Shown: positions 31,301 through 41,811, counted from the first letter of the stretch. The stretch is DNA of 64,000 nt from Planctomycetota bacterium (GCA_029259715.1 JAJDEP010000014.1:259551-323550), one strand, 5' to 3'. Notes: generated by a model from the letters alone, not told the origin. Translations and numbers: made by a program.

Positions 31301-33364
31301 GTCGTTGGCGCGCCCGCGCAGGATCTGGATGCGGGCTTCGCGCTGGGTCAGGCCCACGTCACCGGGGAGTCGGCGGCGGGCCTCTTCGACCGTCGACAAG
31401 GCGGCGTCGTAGTCGGCCGCCCGGATGGTCACGTCGATCAGGTCGAGCCATACCGCCCGCGCTCCGACGTCCTCCAGCGCCACACCCTTCACGCCGCGAC
31501 GCAACAGGCCCATGGCCCGCTCGAGGCGCCCCACCCGCCGGAGCTGCTCGGCCGCCCGCCGGATCAAGGCGCGCGTGGCGACGCCGTCGCCGTCCTCGGG
31601 CGGGTGATCGCCGAGGACGTCCGCGACAGCGACCGCCGCCGCCGCATCGAGGGGTTCGATGTCGAAGCGTTGCGCCAGGGCCACGCGATGGGCCGCGGAC
31701 ACGTCCACCCCCGCGCGGAGCTGACGACGCAGGCGCTCGTCGGCCGGCGAATAGAGGTCCTCGGGCTGCGACCGCTCCCGCCGCAGGATGCCCCGGGCCA
31801 CCAGGGCGGCGAGTGCCGCACCGACGTCCCGCCCGAGGACCTCGGCGCACGCCCCCGCGGAGAGCGGGCGCGGACACAGGGCCAGCACGCTCAGTAGTTC
31901 CTTGTCGAGGCCCGTGAGCAATTCGTCGAGGTCACCCTCGGAGGCCACGGGCCACTCGGCGGCGAGTCGGCCCTCGTGCACGCCCACGCCCTGCGCACCG
32001 CGCACGACGACGCCGCGCATGGGCAGCGCGCCGAGGGCGCCCACCAGCTCGCCGTGCTCGCGCAGCGGTGTCGCTTCGAGGCGCTCTTCGAGCACGGGCT
32101 GACGACCGATCCACTCGCGCAGCACCTCGATGTCCTCCCCGGGCGCCAGGCCGGCGCCGGCGCGCAGCCTCAGCCCGCGCACGTCCGCGAGCTGCCGCGC
32201 GACCGCGTCTCGAGACCGCGCCGCCCGCTCGTCGGGCGCCGCCGCGCGCCCGATGGAAACCACCAACGGCCGACACTCGGCCAGGGCCTCGATCAATCCG
32301 GCGAGATCGGCGGCACTCGCCCGGCCCGTGCGCACTTCGGCCGCGGCGAGACGCGCGGACAGGCGCGCCGGCGCCGCGTCGACCGTGGCCGCGAGGGCAA
32401 CCAGCTGCGACATGGCCTGACCCAGCGATGTCTCCGGCGCCGCAAACGGTGCGAGCCAGACCGCGCCGCCGGCCACGGCGTCCAGCCGGGCCGAGCGCTG
32501 AGAATCGTGACGGGCCAGCGCTGCCGAGAGTTTGCCGACCAGGGCGGCCTGCTCCTCGCCTTCGACCAGCGCCGGCGCCGCACCCGGCAGCGACGCGATG
32601 GCCTCAAAGCCATCGGCCGGACGCACGGCCGGATCCGGATGGAGCAGGCGCTCGAGCAGCGCGATCAGGTCCGCGTCCCCCACCCGCGCGGCCGCCTCGG
32701 ACGGCAGTCCGGCGAAGGCCTCGCGCTCGGCCGCCATCCCCGCCGGATCGCTGGCCGAGAAGAGCAGGTGCCCGGTGAGCCCCTCGGCCAGGACGAGCCC
32801 CACCGCCCACAGGTCACTGGACGTCGACGGCGCCTGCCCCCGCAGCAACTCGGGCGCCATGTTCCGGGGGGTGCCGGCGAGGGGACGCGCAGCGGCCTCC
32901 TCCCGCGGACACGACAGACCCAGGTCGAGGATCACGGGACGGCCGGTGGCCCTTTCGAGGCGCACGTTGTCGGGCTTCAGGTCGCGATGCAGCAACCCCA
33001 GTTCGTGCAGGAAGCCCACGGCCGAGAGCAGCTGCACCGCCAGGGTGACGCCGTCGCGGCGCGCCGCGCCGCCCCCCCCCTCACCCGCCGTGCCCGGCCC
33101 GAAGGCCACGCCTTCCACGTACTCGGTGACGGTGTAGATCCTGCCCGAGCCGGGGAGGCGATTGGCATCCAGGCAGGCCACCAGACCGGGGTGGCGCACC
33201 CCCAGCAGCGCCATCTCCGCCGCTGCCTGATCCTCGCTCTCGGGGCCGTGCAGCTTGAGCGCCACCTGCCGCCCGCCTGCGTCTCCGGCGCGCCAGACCT
33301 CGGCGCCGTCGGCGCGCGACAGGCATTCCTCGAGGCGATATCCGGCGACGCGGGGAGCGTTCAT
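28301..33364 (-). CDS. Sigma-54 enhancer-binding protein fused to Ser/Thr kinase, TPR and GAF domains
   Basis: [14 protein letters not shown] kinase; TPR array; GAF ([13 protein letters not shown]); [39 protein letters not shown]; Fis HTH. Confidence 0.92.
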   Translation of the reverse strand: MNAPRVAGYRLEECLSRADGAEVWRAGDAGGRQVALKLHGPESEDQAAAEMALLGVRHPGLVACLDANRLPGSGRIYTVTEYVEGVAFGPGTAGEGGGGAARRDGVTLAVQLLSAVGFLHELGLLHRDLKPDNVRLERATGRPVILDLGLSCPREEAAARPLAGTPRNMAPELLRGQAPSTSSDLWAVGLVLAEGLTGHLLFSASDPAGMAAEREAFAGLPSEAAARVGDADLIALLERLLHPDPAVRPADGFEAIASLPGAAPALVEGEEQAALVGKLSAALARHDSQRSARLDAVAGGAVWLAPFAAPETSLGQAMSQLVALAATVDAAPARLSARLAAAEVRTGRASAADLAGLIEALAECRPLVVSIGRAAAPDERAARSRDAVARQLADVRGLRLRAGAGLAPGEDIEVLREWIGRQPVLEERLEATPLREHGELVGALGALPMRGVVVRGAQGVGVHEGRLAAEWPVASEGDLDELLTGLDKELLSVLALCPRPLSAGACAEVLGRDVGAALAALVARGILRRERSQPEDLYSPADERLRRQLRAGVDVSAAHRVALAQRFDIEPLDAAAAVAVADVLGDHPPEDGDGVATRALIRRAAEQLRRVGRLERAMGLLRRGVKGVALEDVGARAVWLDLIDVTIRAADYDAALSTVEEARRRLPGDVGLTQREARIQILRGRANDAIDLLIDVDADPLADADAALLLETRADALDILGRSEEALRDMREAMRRQGARPHRRTMMIRARVGLIEEKLGHHDEAMVQLESSISMAKELGQDVLIGPMMSNLGRIVRVRGERRRGLAIQEEAARRMEMAGNSLGLAHALNGLGIGWLELGRVDTARRQFQRSLALAERIGDEWLQAVVHNNTGRALASEGRLDEAEEAFERSLTIRAARGDDRGQAIVLTTRGHWRLLRGRPAEARADIERARELLTRVTVPEYEIKSRLQLARIELYEGDREAARASAQAALEQARSVGHREEQLVARALLGRCGADDLEDVDATVEERGPHLAALLFTRAVGRERQARAAEADADFELAHTILGESPDGPVEAAGLVDRGTVDLARLEAAMQEPHLDYGVVGGLLVRLQRDGDRARLLVKLLDLVPLSEKLDALAVGQAKMEHQGEDMTALSRFAERVRNLERLAEITKALNSVHDTQQLLDLIVDAAIEMTGAARGFLILFQGSAQEFRVARNIDESDIDNPEFEISHSVSRQVMQSKQPILTDNAIDDPRLASARSISELKLLSILCVPLIIKERGIGSIYLDHPQVVSRFDEGHLELATGLAEQATIALENARLQEGLRTTNDELRASQDEVARLNDALQSRLDQREAELVEVRESLDASRRALSLKYDYSQIVTRSPKMHDVLDLMDRIIDTEYPVVIQGESGTGKELIARAIHFNGPRKLANFVSLNCAAIPEHLIESELFGHVRGAFTGADRDHRGLFEQADGGTLFLDEVGDMSLDVQKRLLRVLQEGTFLPVGGREERQVDVRVLSATNRDLRKMIPEGTFREDLFYRLAVAEVHLPPLRDRVEDVPLLIEHFVADHDGEPRTLDPEALRALERHTWPGNVRELQNLVSNLLMFDRESSSFSLELVTRVLSPAGPIDRGAAGGGSGVVGGGTPGSDPGGDESPQGGDGSIKDRLLAFEREQVLRALEGSQGNKAAAARSLGVGTRTFYKMLARLGLS

Positions 33365-33478
33365 GACCACCTCAGGGGACCCACAACCCCCTCAACGATA
33401 CGCCGCGAAGCAGGGCGAGGCATGCGGCGAGCGGGATCCTCGTGGCGGACTCGGGGCGACAGGCTCACGCAGCGAGGC

Positions 33479-35014
33479 TCATCGAGGCGGCGTCGGCGGG
33501 GGATTCGGCGGCAGGCCCGGGGGCGCATTGGGCACGGGCTTCGGGCCGCCCCCCGAGGTGTCCATGGCGTTCACCAGGCGGCGCAAGCGCGCCATGGGCG
33601 GCACCTGCCCGGCGAGGGGCGCGGTCAGGTCGACGCGCGAGGCGGCATCCACTCCCTTCTTCAGGATGTAGAGGGCGCACGAACGCAGCGGCATGGGCAG
33701 CGACTCGTCCTCCAGCATGGCGAGTGCCTTCGAGGCCAATGGACCGTCGAGCAGTTCGAGGTAGCCCTCGACCAGGGCCGGGTGCACCGGCTGGCGCGTG
33801 ATGTTGCGCACGAACCACTCGCGCTGCCGGCGCTCCACCTTCTTCTCGATGATGCGCACCTTGGGGTCGACACCCGTCTGGCCCAGCAGCCGAGCGATGT
33901 CGTCGCGCCACTGGGTCCCGAACGAGGCGTCAGTGATGCGTTGCCGCAGGTCGGTGCCGCCCTCACCGAGGTCGGCCACCAGGCCCCGGCCGGTCTTGGC
34001 GATGCGCTCCATGGACTTGCGCGTCTCGACCATGCGATCCGAGCCGCCGAGACCGTCGGCGGTGCCGGTGTAGAGCACGTTGACGAGCGAATTGTCGTCC
34101 CGCGCGAAGCGGCGGATGGTCGACAGCAGCGGCGAGACCCTGTCTTCGTGGGGCGGCGCATCGCCCACCAGGATGATCACGCGCCGCGCCTCAGCGCGCC
34201 ACGCGAGCTGTTCCGCCGCCACGGTGACGCCGACGTCCACGGCCTCGGGGAAGTCGCCGCCCCCGACCGCGTCGAGGTCGAGCAGGAAATTCTGGATCTG
34301 GTAGCGGTCATCCGACAGGTCGACGTGCCGGGAGATCCACGCGTCGTCGGCGTCGCGGTAGGCGACGAGCCCGAGGCGCAGGCTCGGCACCACCGTCGCC
34401 AGGTCCACGATGATGTCGTCGATGGTGGCGCGCGCCGCGGCGATGAAGGGCCCCATGCTGGCCGTCGCGTCCACCACGAAGACGACGTCGAGGCCCCGAC
34501 CGCGCAGATCGATCACGAATTGCTGGAAAGGGGAGGCACCGCCGCCGAGACCGAGATCGGAGGTCTCCGAAGGAGCCGCCACGAGGCCGCCGCCCGTCCC
34601 GCCCCCGCCTCCGCCGAAGCCGCCCCCCACGCCGAGCACGTCGAGCCCCGGCGGTTCGTCCAGGTCCGATTCCTCGGACGCCACCGGGTCGGGCAGGACT
34701 TCCTCGGGATCCTGGGGCGTGTCGTCCAGGTCGTCATCCGAGGGCGGCGTCCATTCCTCGGTCTCGAGCACCGTCGAGCGGATCTCCAGGGGCTTGATCA
34801 GGCCACCGTCGGGCTCCCCAGGGAGCAGCGAGAGCAGGACGAAGGCGACGACGTGCAGCAGCGCCGCCACCACGAAACTGGGCACCGCTCGCCCTATCTG
34901 TACGCGCCGCTCGACCTGCTGGCGTTGCTCCCGACCGGTGGTGGCCACCGCGGGCAGTGAGCGGCCGCGGCCACCCCACCGGCGCTTTCCATCCTTCGGG
35001 CTCTCAGCGGACAT
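33479..35014 (-). CDS. Membrane-anchored VWA domain protein
   Basis: TM (AALLHVV), acidic/Gly-rich linker, LDVVFVVDATASM MIDAS, GGGDFPE, ILVGDAPPH; start uncertain. Confidence 0.85.
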   Translation of the reverse strand: MSAESPKDGKRRWGGRGRSLPAVATTGREQRQQVERRVQIGRAVPSFVVAALLHVVAFVLLSLLPGEPDGGLIKPLEIRSTVLETEEWTPPSDDDLDDTPQDPEEVLPDPVASEESDLDEPPGLDVLGVGGGFGGGGGGTGGGLVAAPSETSDLGLGGGASPFQQFVIDLRGRGLDVVFVVDATASMGPFIAAARATIDDIIVDLATVVPSLRLGLVAYRDADDAWISRHVDLSDDRYQIQNFLLDLDAVGGGDFPEAVDVGVTVAAEQLAWRAEARRVIILVGDAPPHEDRVSPLLSTIRRFARDDNSLVNVLYTGTADGLGGSDRMVETRKSMERIAKTGRGLVADLGEGGTDLRQRITDASFGTQWRDDIARLLGQTGVDPKVRIIEKKVERRQREWFVRNITRQPVHPALVEGYLELLDGPLASKALAMLEDESLPMPLRSCALYILKKGVDAASRVDLTAPLAGQVPPMARLRRLVNAMDTSGGGPKPVPNAPPGLPPNPPPTPPR

Positions 35015-35109
35015 CGCGATCTCGTCTGCGCGTCGCGCTACCATCAGTCCGACACCGGTGCCGCGGGGCGTCCCGCTCGGACCGGCCACCCGATCGCGCG
35101 AGTCCGTCC

Positions 35110-35667
35110 GTGCCGACCCGCTCCTCCCCGACGATCATCGCGGGCGCCTTCAAGGGGCGCCGGCTCGACGTGCCGACGGGCAGCCCCGTGCGACCGACGC
35201 GCTCGCTCGTCCGCGGCGCCCTGTACGACATGATCGGTCCGCGGGTGCAGGACTCGGTGGTGCTCGACCTCTTCGCCGGCGCCGGCGTGCTCGGCCTCGA
35301 AGCGCTCAGCCGCGGCGCACGCCATTGCCTCTTCGTGGAGCGCGACCGTCGCGCGCTCTCGGCGCTGCGCGCCAACATCGCCGCCTGCGGTGTGTCGAAG
35401 GACGCCTTCACCTTGCTCCCGATGGACGCCGACCACGTCAGCGTGCCGCCGTCGACGGTGGTCGACCTGTTGCTGCTCGACCCGCCGTTCGCCCGGTCGG
35501 ATCCCCTGCCTGCCACGGTTGCATCGAGCCTGGTCACTTCCGAAGACGTCCTCGTTGCTCTGCATGCACCGTCTGAGCGCCCGGCGCCGCCCCGGGTCGG
35601 TCCCTGGAGTCTGCAGCGCGAGCGCCGCCATGGGCGGTCCCTACTCTGCCTCTATGCTCCGGCATGA
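35110..35667 (+). CDS. rsmD: 16S rRNA m2G966 methyltransferase RsmD family
   Basis: IIAGAFKGRRL, RPT, VLDLFAGAGVLGLEALSRGA, DPPF. Confidence 0.88.
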   Translation: MPTRSSPTIIAGAFKGRRLDVPTGSPVRPTRSLVRGALYDMIGPRVQDSVVLDLFAGAGVLGLEALSRGARHCLFVERDRRALSALRANIAACGVSKDAFTLLPMDADHVSVPPSTVVDLLLLDPPFARSDPLPATVASSLVTSEDVLVALHAPSERPAPPRVGPWSLQRERRHGRSLLCLYAPA

Positions 35668-35801
35668 GGCTCGGCGCACCGCCCCGAATCCCGCTGGGTC
35701 GTCGAATTGTGGAGGAAAAGGGGTCGTCGATCGGCCTCAAGATACTCATGCGTTCTCTTCGATACATCAGGCACACCCGGACGGTCACCCCGCAGCCTTT
35801 C

Positions 35802-35999
35802 ATGACAGACGCCTCAGACCTCCCGCACTACACCGACCTGCGCGACCAGCTCGCGCGCCTCACGGCCGATGCCCCCCTCGAAGGGGGAGCCAGCCCCGAG
35901 GTGGTCGACGCCTGGAGGGTCTACGTCCACGATCTCCCGGACGAGCTCCTGGACGAAGAGTTGGTGCGGCTGCTCGAGCTCGTTCACCATAAGCTGTAG
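35802..35999 (+). CDS. Small hypothetical protein
   Basis: Coding-like 65-aa helical ORF; alternative start at 35664 overlapping the rsmD stop. Confidence 0.5.
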   Translation: MTDASDLPHYTDLRDQLARLTADAPLEGGASPEVVDAWRVYVHDLPDELLDEELVRLLELVHHKL

Positions 36000-36086
36000 C
36001 CCCGCGCCTCCGCCCCGCGGACCTCGACGGTCCCGAGGGTCCTGCGCCCGCTCGCTTCCCGCCCGCCGTTCGGACGCACGCTCTCC

Positions 36087-37025
36087 GTGTCCACCCGCCC
36101 CCTGTCGCTCAAGCTCGACCCGCGTCCCGTCGCGCGTCCCTGGGGTGGTGTGCGCATCCCGCCCCTGTTCGGCTGGACGCCTCCTGCCGGCGAGCCGTGT
36201 GGCGAGTGGTGGCTGGCCAGCTGTCACCCCGGCGCCGAGACCATGCTCTCGGATCACGCTGTCGACCTGGCTCAATGGATCGACGCGGAAGGCCACGCCC
36301 TGGGCTACACGGCGGCGACGTTCCCGCTCCTGGTGAAGTTCCTCGACTCCGAGCAGGTGCTCTCGGTGCAGGTGCACCCCAGCGACGAGGTGGCCCGACG
36401 GCAGGGTTTGCCCCGCGGCAAGACCGAGGCCTGGCACGTGCTCTCCGCCGAGGCGGGCGCCGGCGTGTACCTCGGTACGGCCGATGGCATCACGGCCCAC
36501 GAATTCGTCGAGCGCGTGGCGGCCGGGGCCGGCGACGAGGAGGTCCGCAGCCTGCTGCGGCGGGTGCCCGTCACCGCCGGCGACACGCTGCTGGTGGAGG
36601 CCGGCACCATCCACGCCCTCGACGGCGGTCTGGCCCTCTACGAGCTGCAGCAGAATTCCGACACCACCTACCGCATCCACGATTGGGGCCGCGGCCGGGA
36701 ATTGCACCTCGACCGCGCCCGCGAGGCCGTGGTCGATCACCCCCCCGCCCTGCCGCTGCGCAGCGCCTTCCGACCCGATGAATGGCAGCCGCTCGTGCGC
36801 GGCCACGCCTTCACTTTCTGGCGCGGCCGGCCCGAATACGAGCTCGAGTTCGCGCCCATGGGGCCCTTCGGCCTGCTGACCGTCATCGGGGGCAAGGGTG
36901 AGCTGGCCTCGGGCCACGAGAGCCTCGACCTCGTCGCCGGCGACACGGTCTTCGTGGTGGGCGAGGCCGTCCTCACCGGCGACGACCTCGACGTGCTCGC
37001 GGTGGAACCGCCGCCGCGCCGCTAG
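36087..37025 (+). CDS. manA: Class I mannose-6-phosphate isomerase
   Basis: RPWGG, GEWW, FPLLVKFLD, LSVQVHP, KTEAW, AGTIHA, ELQQNSDTTYRIHDWGR. Confidence 0.9.
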   Translation: MSTRPLSLKLDPRPVARPWGGVRIPPLFGWTPPAGEPCGEWWLASCHPGAETMLSDHAVDLAQWIDAEGHALGYTAATFPLLVKFLDSEQVLSVQVHPSDEVARRQGLPRGKTEAWHVLSAEAGAGVYLGTADGITAHEFVERVAAGAGDEEVRSLLRRVPVTAGDTLLVEAGTIHALDGGLALYELQQNSDTTYRIHDWGRGRELHLDRAREAVVDHPPALPLRSAFRPDEWQPLVRGHAFTFWRGRPEYELEFAPMGPFGLLTVIGGKGELASGHESLDLVAGDTVFVVGEAVLTGDDLDVLAVEPPPRR

Positions 37026-37080
37026 TCCGATCCGGCCGCATCGCTGGCCCGGGCCACCGCATCCGTGGTATCGAAGGGCG

Positions 37081-38193
37081 ATGGCACGTCAACGACTGCA
37101 GAAGTTCATGGCCGCGTGTGGGCTCGCCTCGCGACGGGCCTGCGAGGAGATCATCGCCTCGGGCCGGGTCGAGGTGGACGGCGAGATCGTCGTCACTCCC
37201 GGCACCCTGGTCGATCCCGACAGCCAGGACATCCGCTGCGACGGCTCCCGCATCAAGACCCGCAGGCTGCTCTACTACCTGCTGAACAAGCCCAAGGGCG
37301 TGATCTGCTCGGCGAAGAGCGCGCCCGACAAGCCGCGCGCCATCGACTACGTGCCCCCGGAGGCCGAGGGCGAGCGCCTGTTCACCATCGGCCGTCTCGA
37401 CGTGGCGTCCGAGGGCGCGATCATCATGACCAACGACGGCGACCTGGCCCACAAGGTCAGCCACCCGCGCTTCGAGGTCGAGAAGACCTACCGCGTCGAG
37501 GTCGAAGGCGTGCCCGAGACGAGCACCCTGGCCCGCATGCGCAAGGGCGTCTGGCTCTCCGAGGGTCGCACCGGACCCGTGCGCGTCGAGCTGCTCAAGA
37601 GCGCGCGCGACAAGTCCGTGCTCGAGATGCGCATCAAGGAGGGCCGCCAGCGCGAGGTGCGCCGCATCTGCGCGCGCTTCGGCCACGAGGTGCGGCGGCT
37701 CGTGCGCATCTCCGTCGGCCCGGTGGAATTGGGTCGGCTACCCCGCGGACACGTGCGCGTGCTGACGCCCGCCGAGATCGACGCCCTGCGGGACACCACC
37801 GACGTCGTCATCCGCCTGGGCAGCCCACGGGCCTCGGCCGCGAGCCGCACCAAGGGCGGGGCGCGGCGCCGCGGCCAGCGACCCGACGTCGCCGGCTCGC
37901 AGCGCAAGCCCGCCACCCGCAAGAAATCGACGCGCAAGAAGCCGGCTCCCAAGGCGCCGGCGTCCAAGTCGCCCGCGGGCAAGCAGCCCGCCGGTCGCAA
38001 ACCCGCGGGACGCAAGCCGGTCGGCAAAAAGCCCGCCGGCCGCAAGCCCGCAGGCCGCAAACCGGCAGGCAAGAAGCCCGCAGGCCGCAAACCGGCAGGC
38101 AAGAAGCCCGCCGGAAAACGGCCGGCCGCACGCAAGCCGGCGCCCAAGCGCTCCGGCGGCAAGCCCGGCAAGAGTCGCGGCCGCTCCCGCTAG
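37081..38193 (+). CDS. rluB: RsuA/RluB-family rRNA pseudouridine synthase with basic repetitive C-tail
   Basis: RLQKFMA..GLASRR S4 domain, LLNKPKG, IGRLD, EGRQREVRR; exact paralog assignment tentative. Confidence 0.85.
   Translation: MARQRLQKFMAACGLASRRACEEIIASGRVEVDGEIVVTPGTLVDPDSQDIRCDGSRIKTRRLLYYLLNKPKGVICSAKSAPDKPRAIDYVPPEAEGERLFTIGRLDVASEGAIIMTNDGDLAHKVSHPRFEVEKTYRVEVEGVPETSTLARMRKGVWLSEGRTGPVRVELLKSARDKSVLEMRIKEGRQREVRRICARFGHEVRRLVRISVGPVELGRLPRGHVRVLTPAEIDALRDTTDVVIRLGSPRASAASRTKGGARRRGQRPDVAGSQRKPATRKKSTRKKPAPKAPASKSPAGKQPAGRKPAGRKPVGKKPAGRKPAGRKPAGKKPAGRKPAGKKPAGKRPAARKPAPKRSGGKPGKSRGRSR
37966..38150 (+). repeat. 15-bp coding repeats encoding (K/R)KPAG pentapeptides
   Basis: KSPAG KQPAG RKPAG RKPVG KKPAG RKPAG RKPAG KKPAG RKPAG KKPAG KRPAA RKPAP. 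Confidence 0.9.
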
Positions 38194-40541
38194 GAGTCGT
38201 CGACGACTCCGAGCAGTCGCTTCAGCGTCGGCGTCCAGGCCTCGCCGGCATCCGGCTGGGCGATCAGGCTGCGAGCGTAGGTCCGCGCCGTCTCGTCGCC
38301 TTCGAGCAGCCCGAGCACGAGGGTGGGCATGGGCGGGAAGGTGTCGGGGCCGAAGGCACGCCGTGCCGCGTGCAGCGTTTCCCGCGCCTCGTCGTCCCGT
38401 CCCACGCGGGCATAGGCGCTGCCGAGATGCACGAGCACCGCACGGTTGCCGGGCGTCACAGCCTGGGCCCACTCGAGGATGCCCACCGCCGTGTCGTCGT
38501 GGCCGAGCATGAGCAGCACGCCGCCGTAAGGCGTCGCGAGGGCCACGTCGCCATGGTGCGCCAGGGCCGCCTCCAGCAGGCTGGCCATGCGGCCGGCCTC
38601 GTCGCGGCCTTGCAACTGGGCGGCGCGCTCGAGGATCGCGGCCCGCACGTCGGCGTGTCCGGGCGTGGCGGTCCAGGCCGCCAGCAAGCCGCCGTCCAGG
38701 TCGTCGTCGAGACCCTCGCGCTCGTGGGAATTGCGCCACAGGTCGGGGTCCTGCACGGGGTCGTCGGCGGTGACCAGCAACTCGAGGCGTGCGGCGCGAG
38801 CCCGCAGCAACGACGCCAACGACTCGGCCCGCGCGCCGAACTCCTGGGCCAACTCGCGCTGCTCACGGCCGTCGATGGGTCCCCGCTCCAAGGCCGACGG
38901 ATCGAGCGCTTGCACCATCGCCGCGAGCAGGCGCAGGTTTGCGGCGGCGACGAGACCTTCCCGGCCTCGGGCCGACAGACTCGCGAGCTCCACCCGCAGA
39001 GGCGTGCGGGTGGCGGGATCCACTCCGTCCATGCGTTGACGCAACACCCACGCGTCAGCCACGGCGAGACCGTACACCGACGCCGCGTCCGCCGGGCCGA
39101 AGGGATCGGGCCGTCCGACGAGCATCGCGTCGATGTCCTCCGCCGCAGGCAGACGCGCGCGCCCACCCACCAGCGCCAGCATGGGCTGGTCGGACAGCGG
39201 CGTCGCCACGAAGGCCCGGGACTCGGGGAACGCCTCCAGGAACGACAAGATCACTGCTTGTAGGACCGTCCACGGCATGCGGTCCAGCGGCAGCCAGACG
39301 ATGGCCAGCCCCTCGTCGGTGAGCCCGCGGCGGAGCCGCTCGAAGTGTTCGAGCGAGAGGCGCGCACCGGCGCCCTGCTTCCAGGGCGTCACCGGCGCAC
39401 ACACGATCAAGTCGAGGATCCCGAGACTCAACTCCCGGGCGTCGGCCGTACCCCGATCTCCGATGCTGTCGTGGCCGACACTCCGCAGACCCTCCCCGAG
39501 GGCGACGTCGATGTCCGCCCGCGTCTCGTCCGCCCGGAGCAGCAGGATGTCCTCTGCACCGGGGGCGAGGGCCGCCGACAGACGCCCCATACGATGAGCC
39601 AGGGCCTGGGCACGCGGCCCCGACTCCTGCTCCCAGAGTTTTCCGGGCGCCTCCGATGGACTGCCGCTCTGCTGGTCCATGACCAGGATGGCGGCACCCG
39701 CGCCCACGAGCAGCAGCAACAGAGCGGCGCCCCACGATCGGCCCCGCCAGGAGGAAGAGCCGGCGCCAACGGGACCTTCGCGCCAACCCGCCACCAGAGC
39801 CGCCGCCGTGGCGAGGGCCGTCACCAGCGCGAGTCGCCACGCGAGCATGCGCGAGGCGGTCAAGACGGTCCCGTCCGGTTCGACGAACTCGGCCAGCGCC
39901 GACGGTGTGCCCGCGCCCGCTCCGAAGGCCAGCAGGGCACCGGCGAGCAACGCGCCGATGAGTGCGGTGCCCCCCACGCCGCCCTGACCGGCCGGCGGAT
40001 CGGGCCGCTCGGACGCGAACGGCGCGAGCACCGCGCAGACCACGGCGGCCGCGGCCATGACGACGGCGATGCCGACCCGCGGTTCCATCGGCGAGGCGCA
40101 CACGTCGGGAAGGAAAAAGGCGCCGCTTGTCGCACCGAGAGCGCACGCCGCGACGGCGCCCCAGAGCGCATGCCACGGGCCGAGGCCGCTGCGTCCCCGA
40201 TGGATGACGAGGCTCACCAGCGCGAAGCCCGCGAAGATGGTCAGAAAGGACACGGGCAGGTGGGCAGACCCGTCAAAGTCCGAGAAGCTCTCCGACGCGA
40301 GGACCACCAGGGAGGAGAGCCCGGCATACCCGGCAGCCATGGAGAGTTGCCCGCGGCGCTCGCGCGAATCAAAGATGGCCGTGAAGGGGCCAATTGCACC
40401 CATGACGACGATGACGAGTCCCAGGCGCCAGCCCCCGGCGACGTCGTCTCCAGCTGCGATGCGCGGCCACCACCCGGCGAAGAGCGTCACGGAGGCGCCC
40501 AGCAGTGCGGCCGCGACGAGCGAGAGCAAGGAGGTGTTCAC
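38190..40541 (-). CDS. Multi-TM protein with degenerate spermidine-synthase-like domain and C-terminal TPR
   Basis: About 9 TM segments; DLIVCAPVTPWKQGAGARLSLEHFERLRRGLTDEGLAIVWLP resembles fused MFS/spermidine synthase proteins; GTG overlaps folC stop. Confidence 0.65.
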   Translation of the reverse strand: MNTSLLSLVAAALLGASVTLFAGWWPRIAAGDDVAGGWRLGLVIVVMGAIGPFTAIFDSRERRGQLSMAAGYAGLSSLVVLASESFSDFDGSAHLPVSFLTIFAGFALVSLVIHRGRSGLGPWHALWGAVAACALGATSGAFFLPDVCASPMEPRVGIAVVMAAAAVVCAVLAPFASERPDPPAGQGGVGGTALIGALLAGALLAFGAGAGTPSALAEFVEPDGTVLTASRMLAWRLALVTALATAAALVAGWREGPVGAGSSSWRGRSWGAALLLLLVGAGAAILVMDQQSGSPSEAPGKLWEQESGPRAQALAHRMGRLSAALAPGAEDILLLRADETRADIDVALGEGLRSVGHDSIGDRGTADARELSLGILDLIVCAPVTPWKQGAGARLSLEHFERLRRGLTDEGLAIVWLPLDRMPWTVLQAVILSFLEAFPESRAFVATPLSDQPMLALVGGRARLPAAEDIDAMLVGRPDPFGPADAASVYGLAVADAWVLRQRMDGVDPATRTPLRVELASLSARGREGLVAAANLRLLAAMVQALDPSALERGPIDGREQRELAQEFGARAESLASLLRARAARLELLVTADDPVQDPDLWRNSHEREGLDDDLDGGLLAAWTATPGHADVRAAILERAAQLQGRDEAGRMASLLEAALAHHGDVALATPYGGVLLMLGHDDTAVGILEWAQAVTPGNRAVLVHLGSAYARVGRDDEARETLHAARRAFGPDTFPPMPTLVLGLLEGDETARTYARSLIAQPDAGEAWTPTLKRLLGVVDDS

Positions 40542-41788
40542 GCGGGAGCGGGGCCGGAGGGAGGTTCGGTGAGGGCGGGCGCTTCGGGCAGCAACAGCCC
40601 CACCAGGTGCAGCGAGCCCGTCACCACGACGAGGGCATCGGGCCCGGCCTGACGGCGCGCGAGCGCCAGGGCCCGCTCGGGATCGGCTTCCAGCGTCGCG
40701 TCGGGGCACGCCGCCCACAAGTCGGCCGGGTCGAGACCACGCTCGCCCGGCGCCCGGGTGAGGACCATGGGGATGCCCGTGGCCGCGAGGGCCGCGACCA
40801 TGGCGCCACCGTCGCGTCCCGAGGTGGCGCCGAAGACCAGGGCGCCCACCGTGCGGCCCGCGGCTCCGAGCCGGGCCAGGTGGGCGGCCAGCAGGCCGGC
40901 CGCCGCCACGGTGTGCGCGCCGTCGAAGAGCACGCCGTCGATCTCGTGCAGGCGCCCGGCCACCCTCGAGGTCGTCAACGCGGCCTCTACGGCCTCCGAT
41001 GTCGCCGCGCCCGCGGGCAAGAGGGCCCGCTCCTCGAGGGTCGCGAGCACCGCGCGCGCGAGGGCCACGCTGCGAGCATCAAGATCATCGAGGGCATCGT
41101 CCGCCACGACCACGGCACAGCCCCCGTCGGCGGCGCACGCGTCGAGGACGGCCCGCGCCTCGTCGGGCAGCGTCGCCGACACCACCACGGGCGCCCCGGG
41201 GCGCAGGATGCCCGCCTTCTCCGTCGCGATGGCCGCCAGGGTGTCGCCCAGGATCGCCGTGTGCTCGAGGCTGATGGAGGTGATCACGGCGAGATCCGCC
41301 GGCAGGTGACGGGTGGCGTCGAGGCGCCCGCCGAGCCCGGTCTCCCACACGGCGGCCTGCACCCGCGGCGGCACGAACAGCACCCGGGCCAACGCCGTGA
41401 GGAATTCGAACCACGAGGGCGACAGCTCCCGGGCGGCGGCGGCCACCACGTCCACGGCCGCGCACAACTCGTCGTCAGCGGGAAAGGCGCCGTCGATGCG
41501 CAGGCGTTCGCGGACGTCGCGCAGATGCGGCGAGGTGTAGGTGCCCACCGACAGCCCGCACGCCCGCAACCCGAGGCCGATGCGTTCGGTGGTGCTCGTC
41601 TTGCCCTCGGACCCGGCCACGTGGACGCAGACCGGCGGGCGCTGCAAGTCCGGCAAGGCCGCCATGAGCCGCTCGGCCACCAGGGGATCGATGGCCTCGA
41701 CACCGGCGTGGAAGCGCCGGGATCGCTCCCGGTCGAGCAGGTCGTCCAGGATCGAGAGGCAGGCGGGCGGCGGTGTCACGGCGACCAT
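40538..41788 (-). CDS. folC: FolC-like folylpolyglutamate/dihydrofolate synthase
   Basis: VHVAGSEGKTST, GTYTSPHL..RER, FEFLTA, ETGLGGRLDAT, ISLEHT..LG, EKAGI, DGAH, VTGSLHLVG. Confidence 0.85.
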   Translation of the reverse strand: MVAVTPPPACLSILDDLLDRERSRRFHAGVEAIDPLVAERLMAALPDLQRPPVCVHVAGSEGKTSTTERIGLGLRACGLSVGTYTSPHLRDVRERLRIDGAFPADDELCAAVDVVAAAARELSPSWFEFLTALARVLFVPPRVQAAVWETGLGGRLDATRHLPADLAVITSISLEHTAILGDTLAAIATEKAGILRPGAPVVVSATLPDEARAVLDACAADGGCAVVVADDALDDLDARSVALARAVLATLEERALLPAGAATSEAVEAALTTSRVAGRLHEIDGVLFDGAHTVAAAGLLAAHLARLGAAGRTVGALVFGATSGRDGGAMVAALAATGIPMVLTRAPGERGLDPADLWAACPDATLEADPERALALARRQAGPDALVVVTGSLHLVGLLLPEAPALTEPPSGPAPA

Positions 41789-41811
41789 CGTGGTCACTAT
41801 AATCACGGCGA
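41789..41811. promoter_or_regulatory. Bidirectional leaderless promoter (overlapping -10 boxes)
   Basis: + strand TATAAT 41798-41803, 8 nt before ATG 41812; - strand TATAGT 41801-41796, 7 nt before ATG 41788; no SD on either side. Confidence 0.7.

Noticed and set aside
29165-34960. Very long antisense or alternate-frame ORFs (e.g. 29165-31897, 31976-34960, also 22001-24790, 56958-59177)
   Set aside because: Shadow ORFs expected from high GC3 codon bias opposite or overlapping well-supported genes; no recognisable motifs
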